Positions 37,431 through 52,806 of a DNA stretch of 64,000 nt are shown piece after piece; within the stretch, counting starts at the first letter, position 1, and each line of letters opens with the position of its first letter. The translations under genes and the position numbers were made by a program. The DNA is taken from assembly GCA_030141605.1 (NCBI GenBank), contig JAQGDQ010000020.1:1116001-1180000 (forward strand), read 5' to 3'. Under the pieces are notes generated by a model. The model was not told the DNA's origin and ran no database searches. It saw nothing but the letters and a program-made list of their open reading frames with translations. Origin of the DNA: Tubiluchus corallicola. Lineage: Eukaryota; Animalia; Priapulida.

Positions 37431-39258
37431 ACAGCAATGACATTTAATCTGACACTTGTACCTGTAATATGAAGATATTGTTAATAGATTGTTAAAAAAA
37501 CTAAAACTTTTTATCACTAACTTAACTTTTTTTTAAACTGTTTAATGCACCCGAGTTAACATTTTTTGACTAGAGAAATTGTTATGTTCTGTAGTGACAA
37601 TATAATGTATAACATATGTTTCTTTTGTCATATTTTTAATGTAATTGGTTGGTTGTTCCTTTGGTGCAATAAATTGTTATCAATCTTAAATTTGATCTAT
37701 AATTATTATCAGCGTGTGTGCCGTAAATATCCCAGTATTCTGTTTCTTTGCGCTTTTCCTTAAAGACACAGTCTATAGACTGGAACAAGAGTATACAATA
37801 TTTTTAAACATCATTTTACAATTTATAAAAAAAGTTTATGAACATCTTTTCGCTCTACGATGTATCAGCGGTTTTGATCTTTTCTCTTTATAATGGCAAC
37901 TTGGTAATCCTTTACCAATTATTTGTAGGACAAGGTTCCAAAATTGTGCCATAACATCTCATAGTTTTCCAACTTTTACATGTATTTCATCAAAAAGATT
38001 TCTGTCGAATATGTGTTTCTGATAAATATTGTTACTCAATTTTGTGATGTTTAAATAATTATTATTTCTTATGATCTGTAAATCCACGAAGGAAATTTGT
38101 TGTTCAAGCTATTTCTGATCACCCAGGCGTCATCATATTACAGTGACATTTGAAGAGGCGTATAACTGTACTTGGCCAGGAAATTTTGGATCCTGAATCA
38201 AACTTTTTCATTATTTATTAGGACTGATATCTGTAACGAATAGCAAAGTCGAAAATTGTTAATAAAAGATATCTTCCAATATTATTTTTGTAATATGAAT
38301 TACATTCAAACATAAAACTATGGATTCGAATAATTCAGTACTTCAACTACATAAGTTCTTTATCATTAAAACGTTTGAAATAACTTGCAATCAGTGCAAT
38401 TCAGCTGGGATTTCTGTGTACAATTTTTAAACAAATTATTGGTGTTTTTACTGCACAACATAGTCAAGCAGTTCGCATGATCTTTGGGAAACTGCTTTTT
38501 ATTAACGATTCGAAAATTTATTCAAATATTCTTAAAACTGAATTTGAATTCGATTTTGGTTCGAAATCTTGAAATTCGATTTGATTCAAGTTTGAAAGTC
38601 AAAAATTCGACTCAATTCGAATTTGCTTTCTAACAGAGAATGCTGTAGCCTAATAGACCTGTGCATTAATTACTTTTAAATGATATGAACTATGCAGTGT
38701 GCTATTTTTAAAGGTAGCTTTACTTGAATTTGCTTCTATACATACTAAAAACTGGTATTTTTGTAAATTCCAAAGAGTTGATTAGCAAGAGTTGATCCTA
38801 ATGTACTATACTTATTCAAGTCTTGTGTTCAGCAGGTATTGTTAAATTGCATTCGTATGCATATCCCGTATGCATGCGTGAGATCGGTGTAACGTTACAT
38901 ACATCCAATTACACTTAATGCCGGTTGATATCATCCGTCATCCTCAGTAAATAGGCAGTCAGTTCAGTCCATTATCAATGATTTTTTCAGGTGTCTTGTT
39001 TCTTTCAGATGCTTTTGGTGAAACCATTTGAAAAAAGGTGAATGAAGCTGCCGTTGCATAGAGATTTCACCCAGAATAGTCATATTTGTCTGTTTTGCAG
39101 GTACATTTATTGTAATTAAACAAAATTAATTTTGGCTGCAAATTAATTTAAATCAAGTTATTTTTAATTTGACTTTTCTTTGCCAAAAGAATTATTCTTA
39201 GTTCACCCTCAAAAAAGATTTCCAACTAATCTCCTATGGCGCGAGAGAGAGAAAATTC

Positions 39259-39593
39259 TGGCACGTTCAGACTAGCGAGTTTTCTGCCATGAATTTTCTC
39301 TCTGACTACAAACTCGCAAGTGTGAATTGCTTTGCAAGTTATTGTTGGCAAGAAATTGCAAACTCTCGGACAGTTGCTGCAACTTGATTATGTGGGAGTT
39401 AATGTCCATGTCTACTGTGAATGCCTGGCCGAGTTACTTTCGACACTTCTCGCAGTGAACAGAGAAGGGAGTGTCATCTCTTCCTTACTGTCAGAGAGTA
39501 ACTCGCAGCAAGCGTAGCTCTCTAGTCTACAAATGCTTGCAATTTACTTGGCGAGTTTACTTGGAGAGAAAACTCGCAAATCTGAACACTCCT
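39259..39593. mobile_element. Harbinger-like MITE
   Basis: GGCACGTTCAGACTAGCGAGTTTTCT ... AGAAAACTCGCAAATCTGAACACTCC; ends related to the 30085 element. Confidence 0.6.
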
Positions 39594-40197
39594 TTACTTT
39601 ATGCACTTTTTAAAGACATTTGTGCCTTGAAAAAGACAAATACCACCAAACAGAAGTTGGATGAACAAGACAATTTCTCTGCAAATATACAGAAAAATAG
39701 TTACACTTCCTTAGATTAACATTTCTCTGCGAGTGGGGTTTTAAATATCTAATAAAATTTTACTAACTTGGTTTTTATGTTGGATAAGCTGTTATGTATG
39801 TTAGATGAACAATATCTGTGCATTTTACTAAACTGGTATATACATATTGTTTAGTGAACAAAAGTATTATAATTCTTTTGGCTACTTCTTTAATGCCAAA
39901 ACACGAAATACACATTAAAAGAATTTTTTAGCAATCCTTTCATTTTTAATCACATGATGTGGAACAAACAAAAGTAACAGTATTGCTATGTAATACTGCC
40001 ACACTCTATAACCTACAATACTGAGAATCTACACCAAGATTCAGAATCGTCAGAATTTACCAGCTATTAATGATACGTGTCTCGAAATAGATGTAGAAAA
40101 CAGAGTAAAACGATTTCAGTTCATCAAAATTTGAGTAAAAGCATTTAGAGTATACAGTAGAACAATGAGTCTGATGACAGTGTTTAGTAAAACTATT

Positions 40198-40240
40198 TTA
40201 ACCCTAATCCTACCGACAGGGGTCTGTTTGGACCCCACAT
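40198..40240 (+). mobile_element. Possible piggyBac-type terminus (partner end not found)
   Basis: TTAA|CCCTAATCCTACCGACAGGGGTCTGTTTGGACCCC. Confidence 0.3.
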
Positions 40241-42601
40241 AGTTGTTTTTATGCACAAAAGATAAGAATGAGGCAGTGCAGTGTTGCAGCTTAAACAGTT
40301 CTTCATCATATGTTGCTTGCTTTGCTGTAGATTGATGTCATGTTGTAAGACGTTTTCTGATCGGATACTTTAATAATTTAGACATTGGTGCATTAGTATA
40401 CATACGCAAATCTTCTTTTTGCAAGCATAAAACACGATTTGCAGCTTTATTCAAAGCAGGAGTTCCAGAATCGTGCCTGTGCTACAATTGCTGTACAGCC
40501 TAATTTTGCATGAAATGGTGTACACTTACAGAGTGCAAAAACTAAAATTATGTTTTATATTTATGTGATACTAACAAATACGCACATACACCTTATATAT
40601 TTTAGCTAATTTTTGTGAACTAGGAACTGTATGTTTATTGTGTGTAAATACTAACCACCATATATAATTTTATTGCAAATTTTTCCATCTTCTTAATACG
40701 TATGTGTCAACACTGTAGTAAATATTGGGGTGGGTGACTCGATAACTTACGTTCGTTCACCACCCCTTCACCTATAAGTGGTAACTAAATTTTGTTTTAA
40801 TTCGTTACAATTATATTGTACTAACATTTTACTAACAGGTGAAAAATAAACGACATTCTAGTTCTGCAAAAAATTCTAATTCCAACAAATTTCTCCACAA
40901 ATTGCATCTTAATTGAATCGTTCTGCCTTCCATTTTTAGCAACTCATTCCCTATTTTGCACCTTATTCTGTGTGAATCTACGTCTGTTTCAGTAATCACG
41001 TAATGCTGCTGCAGTTATCACGTAATGTTCATTCCGATCATTTCACCCATCTAAGTACACTCCAGAGTCTTATGGCAACTGTGCAGAGTTGCAGATTATA
41101 CTGTGCAGCAGCCGTCTTTTGTGTGTCAAAGCCAGAAGATCTGATTACGATTTCCTCAGCATCTCAGATATGCATCTTACAACTACTTTATAAATCTTGT
41201 GGTATTAAAACCCGCCTGCGAGAGATGCGCATCTTTCAATTAGTAGAATTGTCCCTTGTGCAAGCGCAGCTGCCACTGAGGATTTCTCCATCTCGTTGTT
41301 CCCGTGAGAGCTCATCGAGGATGCTGAGAACAGAGCTGTAATTCTTGTCACGCATCACTAGTCTCTACAGATGTCTTTGACAACCAATATGCGGTCTCTG
41401 CAAGAGTGTGCTATCCACAAGGCATTATTATCTGTCAGGAATGATTCGAAGATATCTTCTTAAGGAATTACCCTAACCCCTAGAGTTATATGAAATCATA
41501 ATACATGTTAAAGGAAAGGACAAGTCACGTAGCATCTTAGATTTATTTTACTGTTACCTCTTAAACATAGAAAAATATAACAAAGAAATTTGCAAAAAAC
41601 TATCTGTAAAACATAAAGTTAATTTATATTTCTTCTATATTGAAATTTTAAGGCGACGATAGCTGTCATTCATTTAAAATTATGATGTAACACGTGAAGT
41701 TCATGAGTTTTCGTAAGCGTCATGGTTTTCCGTAAGCATACGCTGCTTAAATTGATTCGAACTTCTGCAGCTTACCTCTTGTTCGTGCAAAAATTACACA
41801 GAATTAGATATCCAAATTTTTTGTAAAAACTTATCACACTTTTGACGAAAATTGACAATGCACTGCTTTTCTTCAGCAAATGAACGATTTCATTGGTTGA
41901 AGGTGGGCATTCTAAATGGTAGTGCCCTAAAATGTAATGATCATAATGTTTAAAGTGATTTGCACGAAGCACTTATTGCACTTTTATTATTAAATACTTC
42001 TAACATTTTTCATTTACATTGATATAAACCTAACTTCCCAGAAGGCTTGGCTTTTCCTTTAACGTTAGATCACAACATTCACAACAAGCAAGGAGGAAAG
42101 TTTTTCAGCCTGCTTAATTGAATTGCCGATAAACTCCTAAAAAGGTGAAGTTTGGAGAGTTTTTTCACTTGGTTAAGAAAGACTAATTAACCATAAAGAT
42201 ACATAAGAAACAATTGAGTGAGTTCTCAAAGAGCTAATTTTGTGACGCGATTAAAATTCTGAAGTGCCATTCGTATCTGTACAACACTTTCACGGCTGAA
42301 TTTTCTGGTGTAATTAAAACCCCGAGTACCATAACCTGTCCGAACAATTGAAGCATTTTATGAAGTACTTGAATGAAGCATTCTATGAAGTACTATATAA
42401 AGCGTTGTTAAATATTACAGTAAATTTCAAAATGGTATGCATAATTTCTGGATTAATTTCGTTAATAGGCAATAAGAAGTACACTGATAAGACATACCTG
42501 TCAAGAATTGTACTTCTTATTGTAATATAATGACAAGTTTCAAAATAGCTGGTTCATTGGTGGTGGTTGTTCTCTGTCACTAAATGTAGATTCAGCATCT
42601 G

Positions 42602-42720
42602 ACATGCTAAATACACAAACATGCTAAATACAACAAACATGCTAAATACAACCAACATGCTAAATAGAGCAAAATTGCTAAAAACAACAAACACTCTAAA
42701 TACAACAAACATGCTAAATT
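42602..42720. repeat. ~18-bp tandem repeat
   Basis: AACATGCTAAATACAACA x ~6. Confidence 0.85.
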
Positions 42721-43129
42721 CAATGAACGTAAAACAGTCATTCAAAATTCGACACGTAGACCTACAGCAAGAAAATCTTATAGTCTATAGCGTGTAGCAC
42801 ATTTTTTGTTTCCTGCCTTTATAATCATCATAGATAATTTCTTGATTTCACTTCTGCATGTCTGTGTGTACAACCTCTCAGCGAAAATTTAATTCTGATC
42901 TTAGATGCATTCAATTAAAAAGTGTCAGATAGTGACTTGATTTGATTTAGTTTTATTTTATGTATTGTTTATTCCAAACATAACGTTCGTATTGACAGTT
43001 ATTACAGAAATTACAGTTACAACAACAATAAATAACAGTTAAATGACGCACACCTAAACTTACAAAGTTACACTACTATAGAATATTTACAAATAGGAGC
43101 CAAAGCGTACGTGGCCTCGGGCTTATTAA

Positions 43130-43392
43130 ATTAAATACTAGTGTACAGCAAGGTACGCTAGTACTTTCGTATAATGGATCTATATACAATATCACTCTGT
43201 AATATTGCCTTACAAATTTATTACTATTTGCAGTTCTATTGAGAAAACTGAACATACTTCTTCTGTGTTTTTTGTCAAGGTACAACAAGTTGAGTTCAAT
43301 GGACACCTAGCACTGTAGTCATAAGAGCAGTTAAATAACTTTCTCATGCAGACATTGTATGCTACTTTAAGTTTTCTCAAATTATAAAACAA
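43130..43392 (-). mobile_element. Frameshifted 3' remnant of a non-LTR retrotransposon ORF2
   Basis: LRKLKVAYNVCMRKLF..YDYSA then ..HRRSMFSFLNRTANSNKFV in an adjacent frame, resembling the post-RT LINE motif. Confidence 0.5.
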
Positions 43393-45587
43393 ATGAAACG
43401 AAATGTAGAAAAAAGACTGCTAGGAATTAATAAAAACCAATAAGACTATGAAAAGACATTAATTTTCAATAAAGAAGGCTTATTTAAACATCTAAAATGG
43501 CTGCTATTCCCAGCTCAAACAGCCACTAATTGACAGTGCATACAATTACAGAAGCTTCTCAATCACGTATGAGCACGTATCCCATTTCCTCAAGAGCTTC
43601 ATCGATTTTTCATTTCTGATAAGAAAAAGTACTAACAATTTCAAAGTACTTTACAGTATATTTAAAAAATTAGAAAGACTCATTAGAATGCATGTTTATA
43701 TCTTCCTGTGATAACTTTTACATATAGTGGGTTTTCATTGCTTGGAATTCTGCATTACAAAGAAAGATTAAATTCGCTCTTGCCAGCTGTAATCTGCTCA
43801 CTTTATTAGGAAGCATTATATCGACTAATCTAACTTTTACCAAGAAATCGTGCATTGTTGCAATCTTTGTCTTAAGTTCCTTCACGTGAGAAGATACGAC
43901 CAGAGACAGCTGTAAGGACTCGTAAAGCCATAGCCTGCCGTCTGTAATGGATAATCAATGATTTGTCTGCATTCCTAAACAACCTCAGAAGATCAATAAT
44001 CAATAGAAACTGTTGGCATCCTACCTACCAGGCTTCACTAAATTGTAATCAACATTTTACAAGAACAATAAAACAGTAACTGCTGAATACAGAAGGTGTA
44101 CACGGGGTTAATACCAGGTGTTCAGAAAAAACAGTGAGGTAGAAATTTGTTGATATGCCGAATTGTGCTGATCAAATTGTGAAGAAGTGTTGCCATGAAC
44201 TGCTACATTACGACACATTATAACAATGTGAAAACACAATAAGATAGATTTGATTATGTTCATGATGATGACGACACATGACAGACTGACCATTTGGGTT
44301 TTATTCTTGAAGTGGATCTAAATGCTTTTCCATAAATCCGATTTTCATAACATATACTGTAATTTGGTTTTTATACATTCTAATATAAGCGTATCAGCAC
44401 AGGTCTGCTACACTGTTTCTCTGAAACAGCCTGTAGCGACAAAATTTCACATCACAAGGATAACATTGTCTTGCTAGTAAGCAAAGAGCTTGTTTTTTAT
44501 GAGAGCAACATAGCCCGTTTTCAAAGAGTTTTTTAGCAGTTGTACCATATGGAAAAGTAGCTTTCGGTCCATGTCTTACTTAAGTAATACTTGAAATATT
44601 AGCTTCAATTAAACTTAATTCAGCTTAATTTATTTTTTATTTATTGTCTCATACAACAAACCAGTAACAAAGCATTAATGATTAATAGTTTAAAAGACAG
44701 ACGAGGTGAAGAAAGACCGTACTGTCACGAAGCATCCACCCCTTAATCAAAATACCATGTATATAACAGTTTTAGTCAGTTTTGCTAGTAAGCAGCTTGT
44801 TGTAATGGCATCTAAATATTGATATTAATTGTAATTAGTTAGCATCCTTATTCAGCAGTAACATATATATATATATATATATATGTACAAAGATAAAAAT
44901 CCCACCGGTATAACATATCAGTAGTATATAACAGAAGCAACAATAATTGTAACCTTTGATAAACTCAATAAGACATTCAAATTACGGCAAGTAAGATTCG
45001 AACTAGAAATATTTATGCTGTTGTTTCATAAGCAGAAAATAATGGAAAAACACAAAGAACTCGGTATATACCTTTCTGCACTTTAGAAGCACCGCTTCGA
45101 CACATCCTTCTGATTTACTTGCTTACTGATGGGGATGTGGTATTATCCAGTATCTACTTGCCATTTTGTATCATTTACATGTACGAGCATTTGTGTAGCG
45201 TTAAATGTGTCTGTTATTTCCCCTATCCTGAATGTGATTAAATTATGTAATACTATTATACAAGTCAGAGCTGCTTGAGACTTCTTTTGATCTTGCATTA
45301 TGAAAACTTATCTCTTTGTTGCAGCGTATCGTAACCACGATGATTTTATTTATGAGTCTCTTATTGTTACGATGGTTTAATGTGCTGGATATTGCAAGTG
45401 CACGTGAAGTCTTCAATATTATTAGAATACACTGATTATATGCATGCCGTTTTTTCAATTCTGTGTTTGTGTGAAAAGTTTTTTCCTACCTGGTAATTAT
45501 GTGAAGTTGAGAAACAGAGACCCAATAAATATAGTGTGCTTGAGTAAATATATACTTAATTAGCCACAGTGTTTGCCAGGTTATGAG

Positions 45588-45630
45588 AGTTAAGCAGCAC
45601 TGGACCTGGTTGGTAAAAGGCTATGTAACT
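45588..45630 (+). mobile_element. 5S rRNA internal-promoter-like fragment (SINE-derived)
   Basis: AGTTAAGCAGCACTGGACCTGGTTGGTA vs 5S AGCTAAGCAGGGTCGGGCCTGGTTAGTA. Confidence 0.35.
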
Positions 45631-47659
45631 TACAGAAGAAACTGTATCTGCGCAGGTAGCTTCATTTTCCACCTTCTCCTATTTGTTTTGATGAGGGAGG
45701 TGTATAGTTACTAGTATACGAAGGTGGTTAAGTGTCTTGACACCTTTTTTGATTTAGTGTTTCACCTTAGACTTAGAGGATCATCTTATTTATCAGATAA
45801 ATTTCGGTCCCGCCACAACATTAGTAGTACGCCTGCCTTCGAATGCTAGATTTTAACTTGCAGTGTACAAAACTGCATAAAAATTTGTCGTATTTGAATA
45901 TCGTGTGGCTGGGTTGTGTAATAGTCCAAAATCATGTGTAATATTCCAATTCAATTTTGACATTCAAGTGTTAGCAACATTATTACATGCTCATGTGTGG
46001 ATTGTGTATTACTGTCCCAGATGGTTAAGAACTTCATTAAGCAGTGACATTTCCAAAGTGGATTCAGATTTAGTTATGGTATTGTGGATTTGAATTGCAC
46101 CTTGTTGTGGCTGGCCTCGCAAGGCAGCATATTTCCCACATGCAAACGTATCCTGCCATTAATGCTTAGAGATGGTTTAGATGTTGGATTTTTGTTTTCT
46201 TTTCCTCATTATTCAGCATATAAAACTATCCAGTGTAGTAGAAAAACACCCGAAAATGCCTGATGTTTTTCTAACTGGGCTTTGCACTGCTTAAAGTCCA
46301 GGTTTGCCTTTGCGGCTGAAAAAGTTTCGATACCAAAATTATCGATTTGCTTAGAGTACTAAGAAAAAGTTGGTTTCGGAACTTTGAAATTTTGTTGTTG
46401 TACTTTCATTATTTTCATCGTTCATTACATAGTTGTCTAAAATATGCAACTGAGCAGCTGGAATGCTAGTAAATAACTAATTAGTCACGAGAATAGTGGA
46501 ATGCTGGTGACATAGTGGCTTTCAGGTAGCAAGAACCTCTCTTGCCTTGTGTGTGAGAGCTCTATTTCAAATTGTCATTCAAAACAACCTGTTTTAAGAC
46601 ATAGCTTCGTCACAGCCATGGCTTGCCACCAAAGGCTAGCTACAGACTTGGAGTTGCAAGCAAGCACTTACACTTCTCAGCCATTCCTATTGCCTTAAAA
46701 TGTTTGAGAGCTGACATCTCGCACTCCATTTAACCCATTCTTGTTCCTTCAAGGTTAGAAACTTGATCTAGCAGGTCTTTTTCCACGTTTGGAATTGTAG
46801 CCAAGCTCTGTCGTCCTCTCAGACAGTCCCTTTGCCCTAAAATGCACGATTCCTGCTGACATATTGCGCTACATTTACCCCAGTCCTCTTCCTCAAGGGT
46901 TAACTTAACAACTTGGTCTCGCGGGTCTGCTAGTCAGGCTGGCTTGCTGAAATTATGTACCCAGTTCATGATGTCCAAAGGTTAACAATGTTGCTAAGCA
47001 TGGACGTCCACAATAGGGACAATATCGTTCTGAGCTTATATTGGACAGGAAATGTACATATCGATCCCTGATGGAACTGATTCTCCATACGCAGTAAACT
47101 GGTAATTGCTTGCGAAGCCATATGAATTGACGACATCCTGCAATCCGTCTGGCTTCATTCCGTGCAACTGTGGTGGCAGTGAACAGCCTCAACAATAATG
47201 CTGACTTGTGTTTTCCTTGAGACACACATGTAGGGTAGATTTAAATTATCTGAGCTGCGTTAGATAATTCATTTTGCATGTTATTACTTATTCTACTGTA
47301 TTGCATTGTGTCCTGTGCATGCACTTATGTGCTGTTAATTTCTGCATTGCATTACCTTGCATTCTGTGCAGTACCACAACATATTGCGTTAATTCATTGG
47401 CTGTTTACACTACTTAGTGTAAACTATATTAATAATCTACATGGTGATAGACAAACTTGTTTCATTGCTACATGTATTAAACTCTCTGTACAATTGTTTA
47501 TACACTTCAACATATTCCAAATCGTCACTGGCTGGACCTACTAAATACTGATGTTATGGCAAGACTGGAACATAGCTCGTTACCACGTGTTTGCCGCTAA
47601 GATCAGCCAACTGTACGTGTCTCATTATTGTCAACTAATCCAGTAAACAGGTTACGAAA

Positions 47660-47808
47660 CTGTAACAATGTTATAAGTTATAAACAATGTTATCAAGTAA
47701 TTATGTTATTAAGTTATGAACAATGTCATCAAGTAACAATTTTAACAGGCTAGGAACAACGTTATCAAGTAACAATATTATCAAGTTCTGCTCAATGTTA
47801 TCAAGTAA
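47660..47808. repeat. Degenerate short tandem repeat
   Basis: AACAATGTTATCAAGT units. Confidence 0.75.
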
Positions 47809-49953
47809 ACTGTGACTAAAATTGGAAGTCTAAGTGTGAAACATCGTCACAGCACTTTCTAAGTCAAGCGTTGAAAACGCAAATAGTCAGAAATGCCTTT
47901 TAATGGTCATTGACATGCTTACGTGCATGATAAATAGTGAGCCAAATGACCTATTTTTCTTCATGTCTTCCCAAGAGACGTTATAATGATGATCACATGG
48001 TATCGGTAAATTACTCTCGGCTAACACTGATACCTCTTCGCAAGATATATCACCTTTGAGAGGAAGCCTTATTAATCAGGCGTTCTTGTTCGGGCGCTCA
48101 TCTAAGTTTCTTGTGTTCCATGAAATGCACACTATGTTTGTTGTATTGACTGTTTCATTCCTCTTGAAATCTGTTTTCAAAAAAAAAACTTAGTTTAGAC
48201 TTTTTTATATAACTAGTTTTTATACTAGTTAAGCACCTATTGTCAGAAGTAGCTTGCTATTCTTCTCAGCACAGCATGGAGGTGAATAGATATAGAATAG
48301 ATTCTTTGCCATTTTAATAGCTTCTTCATGTGCTACTTTAGTTAAAAATTTGGGGGTCCGCGACCCTGGTGTGGTTCTTATCATTCTTGTGAAAGGCATT
48401 CATACTCTCCTATCCTAAGTCCTCAAGACAGAAGCCATTATCAGTAGAAATAAAGTTAGAAACGAAAATAATTTGATTAGCCAGAAATTTTAGTTTACTT
48501 GGTTTTAGTTTAGTTAGCTTATTAATTGTCGCAATTAGGCATAGTGATACCACAGTAACTGGGACAACCCTGACATTCCTTGTGCATGAAAATTCACCCA
48601 CTTTTTCATTGTCTTCATGTGGACTTTTGACATTTTTTTGTTTAAAGTTGTTAACAGTTTGTGAATTGTCTTACACTTCGACCATGTCTTGCCCAGGGCA
48701 ATGCTTAGTCGATTTGGTTTCTTTGATGGCATTACCGATGCGAATGTGCAATTTAAGTGCACTTTTACAGTCCTCCGTTTATTTCTTTAGTCTCTAAAAG
48801 CCGTTTAATCCGCAGGGATTCATTCGGGAAATGTCTTTACTTACAGGCAGAATGGCCGCTAAGTCAAGTTTGCCCAAAATGCCTTTTATTGCAACTTCTA
48901 ATGTTTAGAAGAAACATTGTAGAAACTGTCGGTCGTTGCTTGTCATTACGGCTTGTAATGTTCCAGAAAATCTTGCATTCTGTCTTGCTCCCTTGTGGTT
49001 AATAGTGTGGCTATTCCAAACACAGTTTATATCTTATGTAATGACTTTTTGTTGTTGTGGTTGACGGAAAATAGCAGATGAGAATGGCTTCAGTTTAATT
49101 ACATTTTGTCAGTTTTAACAGCTCACCTGTTTGCACAGCGAAACATATAAACTAGAATTTTACATCACTTTTTTACATTGTTGTATTCATATATTTAGTC
49201 AATCCTTGCTTCCCACCTAATAAGATTGCTACTTATTATTAATCAAAAGTTTTATTTGAAATTTCGTTTTTGTTGCCATGAATGGCAACGATTTTTTTAA
49301 AATTTGTTAAAAAACATTAGAAATGATAGTTCTAAATACTTCTTGATCATCTCGCTATAGTGACGAGTGAATATGCAAGAAATCTGCCCCACTTTTTGTG
49401 TAAATAAACATTACTTTATTTAACAGTGTTCAGCATTACTGTTATTACTATTTATTCGTACTCGTGTGCAATAACAAAATTATGTACAGAGACTAGTCAG
49501 TAAATTAAGCTTGCATAGTGTCCACCCTCCATTTTGTCAAAGGTGACCATATTTGGAGTCTCACTTTTGTATTATTAGACAAAAAAAATTTATTTTGTCA
49601 TGTGTATATGTTTTCAACTAAGCACTACAAATTACTTAAGGTATGTTTGGTCAGTGAACAACTGTATACCAAAGGTAGCAATAAAGTAAAAATACGTTTA
49701 TAAAAAAACCTTCCCTGCTTTTAAGCCCAGCTTTTGTTTTCAGTCTTATTAAAATCGTTTTTACATGAAATGCTTCAAAATTTTTTCTTTGTACTCACGC
49801 AAGAGCATAATGTAAGGTGTTTCTAACGATGATGTTCACGACATAATAGTGCAAACTATTTGAGTATGTAAACTCTTCAGTAGGTACTTTCTTACTGTAC
49901 TGATTTGTTGTACTTACTATTATTTTTTGCAGGTTTGCTAACTTTTGTTCGCA

Positions 49954-51060
49954 ATGGATGATCCTCTAGTCTGTGAGCAACAGCATACAATAAACACAGA
50001 ACACGAAACTTCAACAATCACATCAGATACGGAAAACTTTGAAACGCCAGACAATGCAAATCTGAACGACATCAACAGCAGAAAACAAGTAGAGGACAAT
50101 CGCAGAAGTACCGTTAGCGACAATGCCGATTCTGCAGAAGAAGTCGACAGTGGCGTTTCAAGTCGGAAGTCCGATGGCGAGCATGACAGCAGTCACGGAA
50201 ATGCAATAGACGAGTGTGCTGAAAACGATTTAACAGAAGCTGATCAGGTCGCTAACGGAGCACCGAGTTTATCTCCCGATAGCATCGAAGTGATGGATAT
50301 CAGTCCAACTGAAAGTACTAGCGGCGAAAATCATGATGAAGTTAAACACGATAGTAAAAATACAAAAGTTGGACAAGCAAGTGATGTTGTACTTGTACAA
50401 AAAGAACAAATAGTTTACGATGACACAAGCGAAGCACTAGAGCACGATTCTGTAAAAAGTGTAACTGTTTCTTCAAGGCCATTAAAAACTGTAACTCAAA
50501 AGGGTGAAATCCTCAAGCGGAAGAGCCCGTCTCCTCCCAAAAGGTACCCTGGCAAGGTCATCGGATCCGTGCAGATTGCCGAATACGAACGGTCGCCTAG
50601 GCGCTACAATGCACGGCCACTGCCTATGCACAAAATGATTGGGGAAATGCTCGACGAACAAGTGCGAAGTACTAGTGGCTCTCCCTGTAGTTCAGAAGGA
50701 GAAAGCATTGCCCGGAACGTTGCCGGTGATTATTACGTGGGTGCAAGACTGGCTTATGCACCGTCATCAGACAGCGTGAACAGTTTTGCCGTACGTAGTG
50801 ACATCAGTGATATTAGTAACGATCGTGTACTAGACGATGACAAAGTTATGAGTGCGCGCGTTAGTTCAAAGCATGCATCCGGTGAAAAACAAACTTTAAA
50901 CTTGACAAACTATAATCGCGAGAGTGTGCACAGCCGCGAAGGTAGTCGTTCTGAAGTGGAGAGGAAGTCGACCGATCTGGCGGAAAGCGAAGACGATGAT
51001 GTTCCTGACTGTGATGCTGATAGCATGGATGTGGAGAGTGAAATCCTAGCTGACAATGAG
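49954..51060 (+). CDS. APBA1: APBA/X11/Mint (lin-10) homologue, first coding exon (acidic, low-complexity N-terminus)
   Basis: TTTTTGCAG acceptor at 49932, in-frame TAA at 49939, GCAATGG start, 369 open codons, GAG|GTAAGT donor; identity inferred from the downstream exon. Confidence 0.75.
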
Positions 51061-52806
51061 GTAAGTTTGACTGAAATTTTAATCACCAATATTAAATATC
51101 TAGCTTTGAATGTTGATTTACTTGTGTTTACGACTCTACGAGTTAATTATGCTGCCTCCAAAGCTCAAAATGTTCAGGCTTTGCAGATTTGACTTAAAAT
51201 TATGTTTAATGTTTTTAACATTGAAACAAAAGTAACACTATTCCTGGGCAAAGAAAATAGTTGTGTGGTCGTGCTTGGCATCTAAAGTTAAACAACCTTC
51301 TGCTTAGTAAATGAGTGGGCGACTGACTGAAATGTTTTTGGGCAGTTTATCAGCCATGCTGGCTCTGCTGTTTCACTTGCTTAAGCAGGCACATACACTT
51401 TCAATCATGGTAACTGATTCTGCTAGTGCGGTATCTCATTTTAGATCATTGTTTTTGATTATTAATAACGTTTCATCCCTCTCACACTAAAAAGACCTTG
51501 ACACAATGTTAACACCATAGAATAAATTATCGAAATTTCTATAGAGGGAAAATGCTAATTTGACGTTGATACTTCGTAGCAGTGTACATGTATTAGTAGC
51601 GTTTTTAAACCTGCTGCATACCACTTATTCTCTAATGCCGAATCTCCATAATATTATTTTGCTCACTTGTGGATAAGATGCCAAAGTATGGCAGTTAAAA
51701 AACTGAATAAATTTGCATATACAGTAAAAAGACATTAGCAAATAATCAGTTTATTGTAAACAATAAAATTATTTAAAAATATATTAAAATCACAGAGTGC
51801 ATACTAGTACAACCAAGTGGTAAAAAGGTGCTATAACACAATAAACCATTATTTAAAAAAATCAAATAAAAAACTAAAGGAGTACGTATTTGCCAAGATT
51901 ATATTACTACCATTTAAAAGTCTTTTCATACAGGGTATAGGTGAATAAAACTTGCAATTTGTTTTACATGTAGCTTCTAACAAGCTTTCCCCTTCTCTTA
52001 ATTGCATCGAAGGTAAACGAATAGGTAATAAATTAGTGTCTTTCTGAACTTTTCATTTTACGTACAAACTTTAAAATAGGGACAGTACGTCTTTCAATAA
52101 ATTTTTCAAATTCAGAGACTTCAGTGCATCTGACATCACAGCTGGTGTACAAAGGGCCTAAAATAATGTTGCAAATTTTACTTAATTGCTATGACACCAG
52201 TTATAAGACAACTTTAATGAATTTATATCTGACTGCGTTAATTACTGACTATATAAGATTTCTGTTTTTTATTGTATGGATTTCATTTAATTTTTCACAT
52301 ACATGTACGCGTACGTTCTCACATTTAGAATATTACCAGAAAGACGTTGATTGTCTCATAGAACCAAATTTGATTATCTGAACCATTTCAGTTCAGTTCA
52401 ATTCACTGGTGCTACTTTTAATCTGAGAATGTCGGCTGTAAGAGTAATCCCGCCACGTTGAGCTAAGAAAATTGAGAGTAACAACCGTCCGAGTCCGTAT
52501 ACGTTTCAATTTGCGGAGATGATTTAGGAAGTTTCGTCGCTCGCAAATCTGATTTGGCAGCCTAAACTTGGACAGCTGATGCGTAAAATTTTCTTTGGAC
52601 GGATTGTAGGCTTTGTCCCGCGTTTCCGTTTCTCGGAGTTGATGATTCATTTTGTGCGGTTATGAAACCTGCGTAATTTCCAAATGTAGGTTTTACGCTC
52701 AGATGATCCCGGTTGATTGCACAACAAATTTGTGGATTGAAGTCACAAAATTGCAAGATCGTGTGCCCGTAAGGATTATGCAAGGATTGTACAATTTTGC
52801 ATTTGT

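Noticed and set aside
25400-49900. Numerous 60-120 aa ORFs in the ORF track
   Set aside because: No recognisable domains or consistent exon chain; expected by chance in AT-rich non-coding DNA
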